Shown: positions 48,575 through 58,896, numbered from the stretch's first letter. The stretch: 64,000 nucleotides of DNA from an uncultured delta proteobacterium (GCA_963776345.1 CAVZMH010000022.1:416001-480000), one strand, 5' to 3'. The notes: a model not told the origin generated them from the letters alone. Translations and numbers: made by a program.

Positions 48575-49354
48575 ATGGGCCGAACTGCGCTGGTGACCGG
48601 GGCGTCTTCAGGACTGGGAGAGGAGTTCGCGCGGCTCTTTGCCAGCGACGGAGTCGATCTGATCCTGGTGGCTCGCCGCCGGGATCGCCTGGAGACGCTG
48701 GCGGCCGAGTTGCGGGCTGCGCGGAAGGTGTCCGTTCAGGTCATGGCCGCGGACCTGGCGGCGCCCGGGGACGTCGAGCGGGTGATCCGCGAGGTTCAGG
48801 CCCAGGGGCTGGAGATCGAGTTCCTGGTCAACAACGCCGGGCTGGCCAACGTCGCGGCATTTTCCGAGAGCAGCCTGGCGACGCAGCTGCTGATGGTGGA
48901 CGTCAACATCCGGGCCCTGGTCCGGCTCACCCACGCCTTCCTGCCGGGAATGCAGACCCGGCGTCGCGGGCGGATTCTGAATATCGGCTCGACGGCTGGT
49001 CTCCAGCCCGGGCCCTATTGCGCCGTCTATTACGCCAGCAAGGCATTCGTGAACTCGTTCACCGAGGCCCTCTCCCACGAGCTCCGAGGCACCGGCGTGA
49101 CCGCCACGGTGAGCCTCCCCGGCGCCACGGCGACCGAATTCGCCTCGGTTGCGGGAAGCGGCGAGACCCGCCTGTTCCGGTCCGGAGTGATGTCGTCCAC
49201 CGAGGTGGCCAGGGACGCCTATCGGGCCATGCTCGATGGCAAGCCGTTCGTGATCCATGGATGGAAGAACAAGGTGCTGGGCTTCAGCGTTCGCCTCGGC
49301 CCTCGCTCGGTGGTCCGGTCGATCGCCGCGGCGCTGAACAAGCCCGGCAAGTGA
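48575..49354 (+). CDS. SDR family oxidoreductase
   Basis: TGASSGLG, LVNNAG, YYASKAF. Confidence 0.93.
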   Translation: MGRTALVTGASSGLGEEFARLFASDGVDLILVARRRDRLETLAAELRAARKVSVQVMAADLAAPGDVERVIREVQAQGLEIEFLVNNAGLANVAAFSESSLATQLLMVDVNIRALVRLTHAFLPGMQTRRRGRILNIGSTAGLQPGPYCAVYYASKAFVNSFTEALSHELRGTGVTATVSLPGATATEFASVAGSGETRLFRSGVMSSTEVARDAYRAMLDGKPFVIHGWKNKVLGFSVRLGPRSVVRSIAAALNKPGK

Positions 49355-49359
49355 CTCCC

Positions 49360-50580
49360 ATGCCCGCGTCCGGCTTCGACACCGGCAGCACGCTCACCCA
49401 CCTCCAGTGCAGCGCCTGCGAACGACAGCACGAGGCCGAACGTCTCCAGAACGTCTGCCCTGACTGCGGCAAGGTCCTCCTCGCCCGCTACGACCTGCAG
49501 CGCGCGGCCCGGACCCTGTCCCCGGAGACGGTGGCCGCGCGCCCCCGCGGCATGTGGCGCTGGCGCGAGCTCCTCCCGGTCCGGGATTCGCGACACATCG
49601 TCTCGCTCGGCGAGGGGGATTCACCGCTCCTCCAGGCCCCGCAGCTCGGCGCCCGCGCCGGGCTGAAGCGGCTTCTGCTCAAGGACGAGGGCAGCAACCC
49701 GACCGGCTCCTTCAAGGCGCGCGGTATCTCCGCGGCCGTTTCCCGCGCCCGCGAGCTCGGCGCCCGGCAAGTCGCGCTTCCGACCGCGGGGAATGCGGGC
49801 GGCGCGCTCGCCGCCTATGCCGCCCGGGCGGGCCTGAAAGCGCACGTCTACATGCCGGTGGATGCTCCCGAGCTGAACAAGAAGGAGGCTGCCCTCTACG
49901 GCGCCGAGGTCGTTTTGGTCCGGGGGCTGATCAACGACTGCGGCGCCTGGGTCCGGAAGCGTGCCGCCGAGGAAGGCTGGTTCGATCTCTCCACCCTCAA
50001 GGAGCCCTACCGCGCCGAGGGCAAGAAGACGATGGGCCTCGAGCTGGTCGAGCAGCTCGGCTGGGAAGTCCCCGACGTCATCGTCTATCCCACGGGCGGC
50101 GGCACCGGCCTGGTCGGAATCTGGAAGGCCCTCCAGGAGCTCGAGCAGCTCGGATGGATCGGCTCCCGGCGGCCCCGGATGATCGCCGTCCAGACGGAGG
50201 GCTGTGCTCCCATCGTCCGTGCCTTCCAGCAGGGGCTGGACCACGCTCCGCCCGTGGAGAATGCACGCACCCGCATCAGCGGGCTCCGCGTCCCGGCGGC
50301 GATCGCCGACTCGATCATGCTCGACTTGCTCCGGCGCTCCGGTGGCACCGCCCTCACCGTCACCGACGAGGAGGCGCTCGCCGGCATGCAGGAGATCGCC
50401 TCGAGCGAGGGCATCTTCGCCGCGCCGGAGGGCGGAGCGGTCTGGGCGGGCATCAAGAAGCTCGTCGCCAGCGGAACGATCGACCGCGAGGAGTGCGTCG
50501 TCCTCATGAACACCGGCACCGGCCTCAAGTACGGCGAGCTCGTCTCCTTCGATCATCTCCCCATCGTCGAGCGCGTCTGA
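49360..50580 (+). CDS. thrC: Threonine synthase (PLP fold II, Zn-ribbon N-terminus)
   Basis: CSAC...CPDC, SLGEG.SPL, NPTGSFKARG, TAGNAG, EGKKTMG, PTGGGTG, NTGTGLKY. Confidence 0.85.
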   Translation: MPASGFDTGSTLTHLQCSACERQHEAERLQNVCPDCGKVLLARYDLQRAARTLSPETVAARPRGMWRWRELLPVRDSRHIVSLGEGDSPLLQAPQLGARAGLKRLLLKDEGSNPTGSFKARGISAAVSRARELGARQVALPTAGNAGGALAAYAARAGLKAHVYMPVDAPELNKKEAALYGAEVVLVRGLINDCGAWVRKRAAEEGWFDLSTLKEPYRAEGKKTMGLELVEQLGWEVPDVIVYPTGGGTGLVGIWKALQELEQLGWIGSRRPRMIAVQTEGCAPIVRAFQQGLDHAPPVENARTRISGLRVPAAIADSIMLDLLRRSGGTALTVTDEEALAGMQEIASSEGIFAAPEGGAVWAGIKKLVASGTIDREECVVLMNTGTGLKYGELVSFDHLPIVERV

Positions 50581-50595
50581 TTCCGCGACGCGAGG

Positions 50596-51618
50596 ATGCC
50601 TATGTTGACGCGAATGAACCGGGCAATCTCACGGACGGCGCTGCCTGGCGTCGTCATGGTCGCGGCGGTGGCCTTCGCGGCGAAGGCGCCCCAGGTCGAG
50701 ATCCGCGAGTTCCCTGTGCCGACCGCGAACGCGCTCCCACACGACCCGGCTGTCGCCCCTGATGGCGCGTTGTGGACGACCGAGCAGAAGGCCAACAAGC
50801 TCGGACGCCTTGACGTCGTGAGCGGACAGTTTCGCGAGTATCCGCTCACCACTCCGGATTCCGGTCCGCATGGGCTGGTCGTCGACGGCGCCGGATCGGT
50901 TTGGTTCACGGCCAGCTACAAGGGCTACATCGGTCAGCTCGATCCCCGGACGGCCAAGGTCCGGGAGTATCGATGGAGCGACCAGAGAGCTCGCGACCCG
51001 CACACTCCGGTGTTCGATTCGGCAGGGAGCCTCTGGTTCACCTTGCAGCAGTCGAACCTGATCGGGCGGCTTGATCCGAAGACGGGCACGACCCGGTTCG
51101 TCGATGTGCCCACCGCGGATGCCGTCCCTTACGGCATGGTCATTGGCAGCGACGGAGCGCCATACTTCTGCGAATTCGGCGCGAACAAGATCGGCCGCGT
51201 CGATCCGGCCACGATGGTGGTTCGCGAATTCACCCTTCCGGAAGGCGCCCGGCCGCGTCGCATCGCGCTCGCCTCGGACGGCACCCTCTACTACTCCGAC
51301 TACGCGCGGGGGATGCTGGGCCGCCTCGATCCCAGGTCAGGCAAGGTCGAGGAGTGGCCCTCTCCGGGCGGCGCTCAGTCCCGGCCCTATGGAATCGCAA
51401 GCACCCCCGATGGGCTGGTCTGGTACAGCGAATCGGGGGTGCACCCCAACACCGTGGTGCGTTTCGATCCGGCCACGAAGCGGTTCAGCTCCACTCCCAT
51501 CCCGTCGGGCGGCGGAGTGGTCCGGAACATGGTCGCCACTCCGCAGGGCCAGCTCTATCTGGCCTGCAGCGGCGTGAACCGTGTCGCGGTCGTCGTGCCA
51601 GGAGCCTCGAAGGAGTAG
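50596..51618 (+). CDS. Vgb (virginiamycin B lyase)-family beta-propeller, secreted
   Basis: Signal peptide; PHDPAVAPDG.LW, GPHGL, DPHTP, repeated IGRLDP; start may be a later Met. Confidence 0.85.
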   Translation: MPMLTRMNRAISRTALPGVVMVAAVAFAAKAPQVEIREFPVPTANALPHDPAVAPDGALWTTEQKANKLGRLDVVSGQFREYPLTTPDSGPHGLVVDGAGSVWFTASYKGYIGQLDPRTAKVREYRWSDQRARDPHTPVFDSAGSLWFTLQQSNLIGRLDPKTGTTRFVDVPTADAVPYGMVIGSDGAPYFCEFGANKIGRVDPATMVVREFTLPEGARPRRIALASDGTLYYSDYARGMLGRLDPRSGKVEEWPSPGGAQSRPYGIASTPDGLVWYSESGVHPNTVVRFDPATKRFSSTPIPSGGGVVRNMVATPQGQLYLACSGVNRVAVVVPGASKE

Positions 51619-51740
51619 CTTCCGACACCAGCCCGAGCGGCTGTTGCGGGCCAGCGGACGTTGTCGCCTTCGGCGCTACGAATAGCGCGGGCCGCTACAA
51701 GCGGTCGCGCCTATCCCCCGGGGATCCCTCGGCGGTCGAT

Positions 51741-51756
51741 TGGCATCTCTCGTGCT
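51741..51756 (+). promoter_or_regulatory. Possible sigma54 promoter
   Basis: TGGCATCTCTCGTGCT (TGGCA-N-GC in -24/-12 spacing) upstream of the ATG at 51771. Confidence 0.4.
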
Positions 51757-51770
51757 CGTCGGCCCGCCCC

Positions 51771-52343
51771 ATGAGCGAGGTCTGTGTCGCGAAGGTGAGG
51801 AAGGGCGCCTGGGCCCCGGCGGTGCTCGAGGCGATGGAGAGGCTCGTCTTGGCGAGCGGCGCGCGGGGGAGAACCGTCCTGGACGACGAGCTACGTCGCT
51901 GCGACATGCTCTACCTGGCGTCGGACGCGGACGGGCTGCTGGCGTTCCTGCTCGTCGCCCGGGTGCGGTTGCCGGTGGGCGCCGAATGCCGGCAAGCGAG
52001 GTACCTGGGGCTCAGCGCCGTCCGGCAGGACAGGACGGGCTCCGAGGCGGCGGCAGCCGTCTACACTCGTTTCGCGGCCGACGCGCAGCTCGACGAGCAG
52101 AAGCTGCGCGTTCGGTTGCCGCTCTTCACGACGACGGCGACCCCGTTCGCGTTGCGCGCAGCGCACTCGTTCTGGACCGACGTCCATCCCGCGCAGGACG
52201 GCTCCTTCCCGGAGAGCCTCCTTCCCCTCGCGTCCGCTGCGGCGTTGTGGCTCGGCAAGACGCCATCGGCTCCTCAGGCGAAGGGGGATCGGCTCCTCCT
52301 GTTCTGTTCGCCGGCGAACGGCGTTCAGTCCGAGGCCGCCTGA
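51771..52343 (+). CDS. Hypothetical protein with a GNAT-like segment
   Basis: DGLLAFLLV...RYLGLSAVRQDRTGS resembles GNAT motif A; may be degenerate. Confidence 0.5.
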   Translation: MSEVCVAKVRKGAWAPAVLEAMERLVLASGARGRTVLDDELRRCDMLYLASDADGLLAFLLVARVRLPVGAECRQARYLGLSAVRQDRTGSEAAAAVYTRFAADAQLDEQKLRVRLPLFTTTATPFALRAAHSFWTDVHPAQDGSFPESLLPLASAAALWLGKTPSAPQAKGDRLLLFCSPANGVQSEAA

Positions 52344-52416
52344 GCGGTGGCCCGGTCTCGACCTGGGACCACTCCTCCGCGTCGCAGCCGCCCGCCGTAT
52401 CCTGGCTAGCGGGCTC

Positions 52417-53052
52417 CTAACCAGCCAGGTAGAGCCCGCCGGTGCGTTCCAGCCAGTCGGCCACGCGGTCCGCCGCCTGCGCCACGTCACCATCGGATAC
52501 GTCGAGCTCGAGCACCGGCAGGATCGAGCGGCGCACCGCCTCGCGGAAGTCGTCCTGCTCCCGGACGAAGACCGAGAGATCGTCGTACTGACGCGGGTTG
52601 CCGGAGACGGTGAGGCGCTCCTCGCGCGCGGCGGCGAACGAGCCCGGTGTCCGGGTGCAGAGCACGATGCGGAACCCGAGCGGCAGCAGCCGCTCCTCGA
52701 GCCACCGGAAATCCAGCTCCCGTCGCCGCTCCCGCCTCTGCCACACCTGGGTCGAGACGTGGAAGCGGTCGACGATCCAGGAGTAGAAACGCTGCAGCTC
52801 GAACAGCCGGGCCCAGGTGGCGTAGGTCTCCAGCGCCAGGGCCTCCTCCCCGGGACCGTCGAAGTTGATCAGGCCCCGCCCCCACGGGAAGTTGGTGAAG
52901 GCGCACCATTCTGCCGAGACCAGCGGCGAGTGGTACCGGTACTTCCTCGGGCCGACCACTCGCGGGTGCTCGTTCAGCGCGAACGCCAGGTCCGTCTTGT
53001 GGGTGAGCCGGGTCCCCTCGAGAATGACCTTCGGAACCAGCTTGCCGGACAT
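52417..53052 (-). CDS. Conserved hypothetical protein, NMP-kinase-like P-loop fold
   Basis: VILEGTRLTHKT (degenerate Walker A), WIVDRFHVS (thymidylate-kinase-like DR motif), LELDVS. Confidence 0.65.
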   Translation of the reverse strand: MSGKLVPKVILEGTRLTHKTDLAFALNEHPRVVGPRKYRYHSPLVSAEWCAFTNFPWGRGLINFDGPGEEALALETYATWARLFELQRFYSWIVDRFHVSTQVWQRRERRRELDFRWLEERLLPLGFRIVLCTRTPGSFAAAREERLTVSGNPRQYDDLSVFVREQDDFREAVRRSILPVLELDVSDGDVAQAADRVADWLERTGGLYLAG

Positions 53053-53063
53053 GGGACCCCTGT

Positions 53064-53717
53064 TCAGCACCCGGGAAAGCTGGCGGTGCCCATCCGTTCG
53101 GCGGTCCGGGTGCGTGCGGCGGCAGCGATCTCGAGAACCGTGGCAACCGCGTTCCACGCCGCGCGCTGAAGCTCTGGCGTGGTCGCGTACTTGGCGAGGA
53201 GCCGCTGACCCAGTTGCTGGTGCGCGCGCTCGTCGGGCTGGATGTACTCGCGATAGATGCGGGTCGTCTCTCCGTCGCCACGCCGGTCACAGAACGTCAT
53301 GAAGTTCTCGTTGACCGCATAGGCGATGGACTCCAGCGTGAACAGCCCCGCGGCGACTCGCTCCACCGTTGTGGAGAGACCCTTCAGATACGCGAAGAGC
53401 GGGCTTTCACCGGGAGGACGGAACGCGCTGACGTCGAACCCCAGGGCCGAGAGCCGGTCGGCGACGAGTCGAAAGTGCCCAGCCTCATCTCCAGCCTGTC
53501 GGGCGAACGCGAGCTTCACGTCGATCTCCGTCGTGCTCGGCATCCACAGCGCCGCCAGCTCGCTGACGCTGATCTCGTTGGCGAGGGCAACCTGCAGCAT
53601 CTTCGTCGCGTCGCCCGGCGCGCCCTCCGCCAGCGAAGTCCGGCCCGCTCCGACGATGGGCGAGAGCCGCTCTGCCTTGAAGGTTTCCAGCTCTCGCACG
53701 AAGGCGGTGGCATCCAT
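53064..53717 (-). CDS. Ferritin-like di-iron domain protein
   Basis: NEISVSE...DEAGH and LESIA...DERAH; ends FPGC; RBS GGAGG. Confidence 0.8.
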   Translation of the reverse strand: MDATAFVRELETFKAERLSPIVGAGRTSLAEGAPGDATKMLQVALANEISVSELAALWMPSTTEIDVKLAFARQAGDEAGHFRLVADRLSALGFDVSAFRPPGESPLFAYLKGLSTTVERVAAGLFTLESIAYAVNENFMTFCDRRGDGETTRIYREYIQPDERAHQQLGQRLLAKYATTPELQRAAWNAVATVLEIAAAARTRTAERMGTASFPGC

Positions 53718-53752
53718 CGAGTCTGCCTCCAGGGAATCGGTCCGTTCGCCAG

Positions 53753-55408
53753 TCAAGGCTGCCACGCGTACGGAGGCAAGGTGGTGAGCCGGACATCCTC
53801 GACGTGGCCACCGACGGTGAAGTGGTAGAGGCTCTGCCAGTCGCGCGACTTGATGCCGAAGACCTCGTGAACCGGGTCGTCGAAGTAGCAGCCGATTCCG
53901 GTCGAGCGAATGCCCGCCTCCTCGGCTTCGAGGTACAGGACCTGGCCGACGAGGCCCGCTTCCCAGAAGAGGTTCCGGTAGAACCCGGCCCCATGGACGA
54001 GCAGGCTGTCCAGGTAGTCGGCGATCATCCCCAGGCTGAACGCCCCATCGCCGGCGATGTCCTGGCCACAGGAGACACTTGCAGCCAGAGCGCGGCAGTC
54101 CCCTTCCTCGAGCAAATACAGCGGAAGCCCGCGGGGACACGAGGGCGGGCGCTGCCAGAGGAAATTGGGACGCATGATCTCTCGAAGTGCGTCCACCTTT
54201 GCGGCATCACGGGCAAGCGCGTAGAGGCCCGGCGCCAGGCCGGTCACGCGGTGCACGAAGAGGCCCAGATGGATGCGGGGACGCCATGGGATGGCATCCC
54301 ACGGCATCTGCCTCTCACCTCGCGTGGGCACCAGACGGCCGAGCATCCGGAAGAAGGTCGCCGCCGAGATCGCGGTGGACGCGTCCATGCTCACCGCGCT
54401 CCGGCGCCCCAGAATCACCCTCTCCGCCGTGAATGAACCCGAGCGAACGGGCGACTCGAAGAGGTCTCCCTCGGAAGGGCACGCGGAGAAATCGTCCTCG
54501 AACGGAGTCCCAGGGGTCGACGTGGCACGCGCCACCTCGTCGATCACTGGCCACTCCACACCGTGGTGGGGACTCAGGACGTTGGCCTTCCCGTGCCATC
54601 GGCCGGCCGACACCTCGTGGACAGCCTCCTCGGGCAGGGTCAGGCCACGTGGGTCGTCCCAGGCACCCGGCGTGACCACCGCCAGGAGCTCCGCGTGCTC
54701 TCGCTCGGCACCGCCGTCGTCGCCATCACGATCGAGGCCCAGCAGCAGGGAGACTGCCACGTCGCTCTCGTGGAGGAGACGGAGCTTCCAGCCCAGGGCG
54801 GCCGCGGCGAAGCGCATGGCTCCGAGCGCATGCCCGACATCGTGCTGGCAGTACCGGAACGCCCGCTCGCCGTACTTCCAGGCTTCCCGCCAGAGAACGG
54901 ACGTGAGACCCACCAGGAAGGAGGTCTCGGGGAGCGCGCGCGTCAGCTCCGTCCAGACACCGGGGACGACCTCTGCGCGACGTTCGAGCCCATGTTCCCT
55001 CGGAGCGTAGTGGTAGACGCCGGGACGCTGGTGAAGTCCATCCATGCCTGGCAGGAGCGCGTATCCCTCCGTGGGGTGCAGGTTTCCGCTCGACGGATTG
55101 GCGCGGAGAGCCCACGTGGTCCCCTGAGCGCTCTTCCACGCGGTCAGAGACAGAGCGTAACGAAAGAAGACCGAGATCGAGTCGATGCCCAGCGAGACCG
55201 GTGTCACGCTCCGGGTGAGGTAGAGCTGCCAGTACGGCAGCGCTCGACCCTCCTTCGGGAGCGGTAACCGAACCAGAGCGGCGCCGTCGTAGCGCCGGAA
55301 CGGATCCGGCTGCGTGGCCCAGTCCATGTAGCCCAGCGAGGCGGCGAAGTGGCCGACGTGGTGCTTGGTGCGCTCGTGGTAGGCGACGACGATCTCTTCG
55401 GCGGACAT
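53753..55408 (-). CDS. SagB/ThcOx-type two-domain nitroreductase (FMN-dependent)
   Basis: YHERTKH, DWATQPDPFRRY, LRANPSSGNLHPTE, REAWKYGERAFRYCQHDVGH, GQVLYLEAE, GIGCYFDD. Confidence 0.9.
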   Translation of the reverse strand: MSAEEIVVAYHERTKHHVGHFAASLGYMDWATQPDPFRRYDGAALVRLPLPKEGRALPYWQLYLTRSVTPVSLGIDSISVFFRYALSLTAWKSAQGTTWALRANPSSGNLHPTEGYALLPGMDGLHQRPGVYHYAPREHGLERRAEVVPGVWTELTRALPETSFLVGLTSVLWREAWKYGERAFRYCQHDVGHALGAMRFAAAALGWKLRLLHESDVAVSLLLGLDRDGDDGGAEREHAELLAVVTPGAWDDPRGLTLPEEAVHEVSAGRWHGKANVLSPHHGVEWPVIDEVARATSTPGTPFEDDFSACPSEGDLFESPVRSGSFTAERVILGRRSAVSMDASTAISAATFFRMLGRLVPTRGERQMPWDAIPWRPRIHLGLFVHRVTGLAPGLYALARDAAKVDALREIMRPNFLWQRPPSCPRGLPLYLLEEGDCRALAASVSCGQDIAGDGAFSLGMIADYLDSLLVHGAGFYRNLFWEAGLVGQVLYLEAEEAGIRSTGIGCYFDDPVHEVFGIKSRDWQSLYHFTVGGHVEDVRLTTLPPYAWQP

Positions 55409-55515
55409 CCTGAGGACCCACCTGACTCTCGGTTCCGGAGGACGAACGATGAGCCGCTCCGTCCAGGAGCGCAACGCACCGCGCGATCCTCGACCCCCGC
55501 TCTGCCCGCTCGCGT

Positions 55516-56277
55516 CTACTTCGAGCCCGCGTCCGCTCCGGTCAGCTTCCGCCACGCCCAGCGGAGGGGGTCGAAGAACTCGTCGATCACCCTTTCTTTG
55601 AGGGGAATGATCGCGTTGTCGGTGATCCGGATGCCTTCCGGGCAGACCTCCGTGCAGCACTTGGTGATGTTGCACATGCCGAGGCCCATCTTCTCCTTGA
55701 GCAGCGTCCGCCGGTCGTTGGTGTCCAGAGGATGCATCTCCAGCGCCGCGTAGCGGACGAACATCCGCGGGCCGGCGAAGTGCTTCTTGTTCTCGGCGTG
55801 GTCACGGATGACGTGGCAGACGTTCTGGCAGAGGAAGCACTCGATGCACTTGTGGAACTCCTGCACCCGGTCGATGTCCTCCTGCATCATCCGGTACGTT
55901 CCGTCGGGCAGCCGGGGCGCGGGCTTGAACGCCGGCACCCGCTTGGCCATCTCGAAGTTGAACGAGACGTCGGTGACCAGATCGCGCAGGACCGGGAAGG
56001 TCTTCATCGGTGCCACCGTGATGGGCACCGAGGTGTCGAGCGCGCTCATCCGCGTCATGCACATCAGCCGCGGCTTCCCGTTCACCTCGGCGCTGCACGA
56101 GCCGCACTTTCCGGCCTTGCAGTTCCAGCGGACGGCCAGGTCGCCGGCCTGGGTCGCCTGGAGCACGTGCAGAACGTCGAGAAGGACCATGCCCTCTTCC
56201 CAGGGCACGTCGTACTCACGGAGCTGGCCTCCCGAGGCGTCACCCCTCCAGATCCGAAGCTTCGCCACCCGCGCCAT
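55516..56277 (-). CDS. sdhB: Succinate dehydrogenase/fumarate reductase Fe-S subunit (Sdh1-type)
   Basis: WNCKAGKCGSCSAE, KCIECFLCQNVCH, CNITKCCTEVCP. Confidence 0.93.
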   Translation of the reverse strand: MARVAKLRIWRGDASGGQLREYDVPWEEGMVLLDVLHVLQATQAGDLAVRWNCKAGKCGSCSAEVNGKPRLMCMTRMSALDTSVPITVAPMKTFPVLRDLVTDVSFNFEMAKRVPAFKPAPRLPDGTYRMMQEDIDRVQEFHKCIECFLCQNVCHVIRDHAENKKHFAGPRMFVRYAALEMHPLDTNDRRTLLKEKMGLGMCNITKCCTEVCPEGIRITDNAIIPLKERVIDEFFDPLRWAWRKLTGADAGSK

Positions 56278-56280
56278 CCG

Positions 56281-58071
56281 TCACCCCTCGAGCAGAGACT
56301 TCAACTCCTCGGGCATCGCGGCGATGGGCTCGGGGGACACCGACAAGCCGTCGCCCCGCTTGCGCACCACCATGTTCACCTTGGCAAAGGCTGGATCCGG
56401 CTTCGGATGGTCGTCGCGGGCGTGACCGCCGCGGCTCTCCCTCCGCTCGATCGCCGCCCTGGCCACGGCCTCGGCGCAGACCAGAAGCGAGCGGAGATCC
56501 AGCGCCAGGTGCCAGCCCGGGTTGTACTGGCGATGCCCCTCGACCCGGGCGCGCTTCAACCGGGCGCGCAGCTCGCCGATCTTCTCCACCGCGCGCTCGA
56601 GCTCGTGCTGGACGCGGATGATGCCCACGTCCGACTGCATCGTCTTCTGCAGCTCGTGGTGAAGGGTATAGGGGTTCTCGGTGCCGCCCGGATCGAAGGG
56701 AGCCAGGGCCTCCCTCGCGAGCGCTTCCACGCGCCTGGCGTCGATGGAGAGCGTCGCTCCGAGGGACTTCGCGTACTCGGCCGCGGCCGCTCCAGCTCGC
56801 CGCCCGAAGACCAGGAGGTCCGAGAGGGAGTTTCCGCCCAGGCGGTTGGCGCCGTGGAGCCCGCCAGCGACCTCGCCCGCGGCGAACAGGCCCGGGACCG
56901 CGGTGGCCGAACGATCTCCATCCACCCGCACTCCACCGTTCATGTAGTGGGCGGTCGGGCCGACCTCCATCGGGGTCGTGGTGATGTCCACGTCCGCCAG
57001 CTGCTTGAATTGATGGTACATCGACGGCAGGCGGCGCTTGATGGTCTCCGCGTCCCGACGGGTGGCGATGTCGAGGAAGACGCCGCCGTGTGGACTGCCG
57101 CGGCCGGCCTTCACCTCGGCGTTGATGGCCCGAGCCACCTCGTCGCGTGGCAGCAGCTCCGGTGGACGGCGGTTGTTCTTCTTGTCGGTGTACCAGCGGT
57201 CGGCTTCGGCCTCGGAGTCGGCTGTCTCTTTCTTGAAGAACTCGGGGATGTAGTCGAACATGAAGCGACGTCCCTGCGAGTTCCGGAGCACGCCTCCATC
57301 ACCGCGGACGCCCTCGGTGACCAGGATTCCCCGGACGCTGTGAGGCCAGACCATCCCGGTGGGGTGGAACTGGTAGCACTCCATGTCGATGAGGTCCGCT
57401 CCGGCGTCCAGGGCCATCGCCACGCCGTCGCCGGTGTACTCCCAGGAGTTCGAGGTGAATTCCCACGCCTTGCCGATCCCGCCGGTGGCCAGCACCACGG
57501 CCTTCGCCTTGAAGAGGACGAACTTCCCCGACTCGCGCCAGTAGCCGAAGGCGCCGCACACCCGGTCGCCGTCCTTGAGGAGGCTCACCAGGGTGCACTC
57601 CATGTAGACCGCGAGGCCCTTGTGCACCGCGTGCTGCTGGAGCGTGCGGATCATCTCCAGCCCGGTCCGGTCGCCGACGTGGGCCAGCCGCGCGTAACGG
57701 TGCCCTCCGAAGTCGCGCTGGAGGATCAGTCCGTCCTTCGTCCGGTCGAAGAGGGCGCCCCACTCCTCCAGCTCCAGCACCCGGGCCGGAGCCTCCTGGG
57801 CGTGGAGCTGCGCCATGCGCCAGTTGTTGAGGAGCTTCCCGCCGCGCATCGTGTCGCGGAAGTGGACCTTCCAGCTGTCCTCGGGCCAGACGTTGCCCAG
57901 GGCGGCGGCGATCCCCCCCTCGGCCATCACCGTGTGGGCCTTGCCGAGCAGCGACTTGCAGATCAGCGCCGTGTCAGCGCCCTGGGCGGAGGCCTCGATG
58001 GCCGCGCGCAGGCCCGCTCCGCCGGCGCCGATGATCAGGACGTCGTGCTCGTGTGTCTCGTACTCGGCCAT
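56281..58071 (-). CDS. sdhA: Succinate dehydrogenase/fumarate reductase flavoprotein subunit (Sdh1-type)
   Basis: GAGGAGLRAA, KAHTVMAEGG, QFHPTG, HYMNGG, HGANRLGGNSL, ESRGGH. Confidence 0.95.
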   Translation of the reverse strand: MAEYETHEHDVLIIGAGGAGLRAAIEASAQGADTALICKSLLGKAHTVMAEGGIAAALGNVWPEDSWKVHFRDTMRGGKLLNNWRMAQLHAQEAPARVLELEEWGALFDRTKDGLILQRDFGGHRYARLAHVGDRTGLEMIRTLQQHAVHKGLAVYMECTLVSLLKDGDRVCGAFGYWRESGKFVLFKAKAVVLATGGIGKAWEFTSNSWEYTGDGVAMALDAGADLIDMECYQFHPTGMVWPHSVRGILVTEGVRGDGGVLRNSQGRRFMFDYIPEFFKKETADSEAEADRWYTDKKNNRRPPELLPRDEVARAINAEVKAGRGSPHGGVFLDIATRRDAETIKRRLPSMYHQFKQLADVDITTTPMEVGPTAHYMNGGVRVDGDRSATAVPGLFAAGEVAGGLHGANRLGGNSLSDLLVFGRRAGAAAAEYAKSLGATLSIDARRVEALAREALAPFDPGGTENPYTLHHELQKTMQSDVGIIRVQHELERAVEKIGELRARLKRARVEGHRQYNPGWHLALDLRSLLVCAEAVARAAIERRESRGGHARDDHPKPDPAFAKVNMVVRKRGDGLSVSPEPIAAMPEELKSLLEG

Positions 58072-58850
58072 CAGAAGAGTCTCAGGTCACGGATGGCGCC
58101 CGTGGCGAGGAGGCGAACATAGAGGTCGGTCAGGGCCACTCCGAAGAGGCTCGCCCAGGCGATCTGGGCATGCCACTCGTTGAGGACGCTGAGCCTCTTC
58201 CACAGCCGGTAGCGGGTGGGGGACTTCGAGAAGTGGTCCAGGCCGCCGCCGCAGGCGTGCCGGCAGGCGTGACACGAGAGCGTATAGAGCGTGAGCAGCG
58301 AGGCGTTGGCCAGCAGGACCAGCGTGCCCACCCCGAGGCCCAAGCCATCGCCGAACCGGAAGGCCAGGAGCGCGTCCCACCACAGGAACACCAGGATGGG
58401 GATGGAGAGGTAGAAGAAGTAGCGGTGGATGTTCTGGAGGATGAGGGGGAAGCGGCTCTCGCCGAAGTACCGGGCGCGCGCGTCGGGCACCGCGCACGCC
58501 GGAGGGGCCCAGACGAAGGCCCGGTAGTACGCCTTGCGGTAGTAGTAGCAGGTCAGCCGGAAGCCGCCCGGTGCCCAGAGGATGAGGATGGCCGGCGACC
58601 ACTTCCACCAATCACCGAGCACCGGCACGCTGAGGTGCGAGCAGTTCGCGCTCAGGCAGGGCGAATAGAAGGGTGAGAGGTAGGGGGCGGCGTAGTAGTT
58701 CGCGTTCTGGAGCCCGGCCCAGGTGGCGTAGACGACGAAGCCGCCGAGGATGGCCACGGTGATGACGGGCTTCACCCACCAGGCGTCGAGCCGCTGGGGC
58801 GCACGCGTGAGGATCGAGGTGGGCGGCGCCTGCGGTGCAACGGCCGACAT
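58071..58850 (-). CDS. sdhC: Sdh1-type membrane anchor (Rv0249c-like)
   Basis: YLSPFYSPC, FRLTCYYYRKAYYRAF, PPACAV, FPLILQNIHRYF, LSCHACRH, H.QIAW.SL; RBS GGAGG. Confidence 0.85.
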   Translation of the reverse strand: MSAVAPQAPPTSILTRAPQRLDAWWVKPVITVAILGGFVVYATWAGLQNANYYAAPYLSPFYSPCLSANCSHLSVPVLGDWWKWSPAILILWAPGGFRLTCYYYRKAYYRAFVWAPPACAVPDARARYFGESRFPLILQNIHRYFFYLSIPILVFLWWDALLAFRFGDGLGLGVGTLVLLANASLLTLYTLSCHACRHACGGGLDHFSKSPTRYRLWKRLSVLNEWHAQIAWASLFGVALTDLYVRLLATGAIRDLRLF

Positions 58851-58896
58851 CCAGACCTCCATCAGGGGGCGAGGAGTTCGCCGACGATGCAGCGAA

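Noticed and set aside
50596..51618. Vgb as a streptogramin resistance gene
   Set aside because: Signal-peptide-bearing Vgb-like propellers are widespread; there is no resistance or mobile context.
53753..55408. SagB-type protein as the azoline oxidase partner of the YcaO
   Set aside because: It is 14 kb away, the YcaO is the TfuA-associated thioamide type, and this two-domain nitroreductase family is common outside RiPP clusters.
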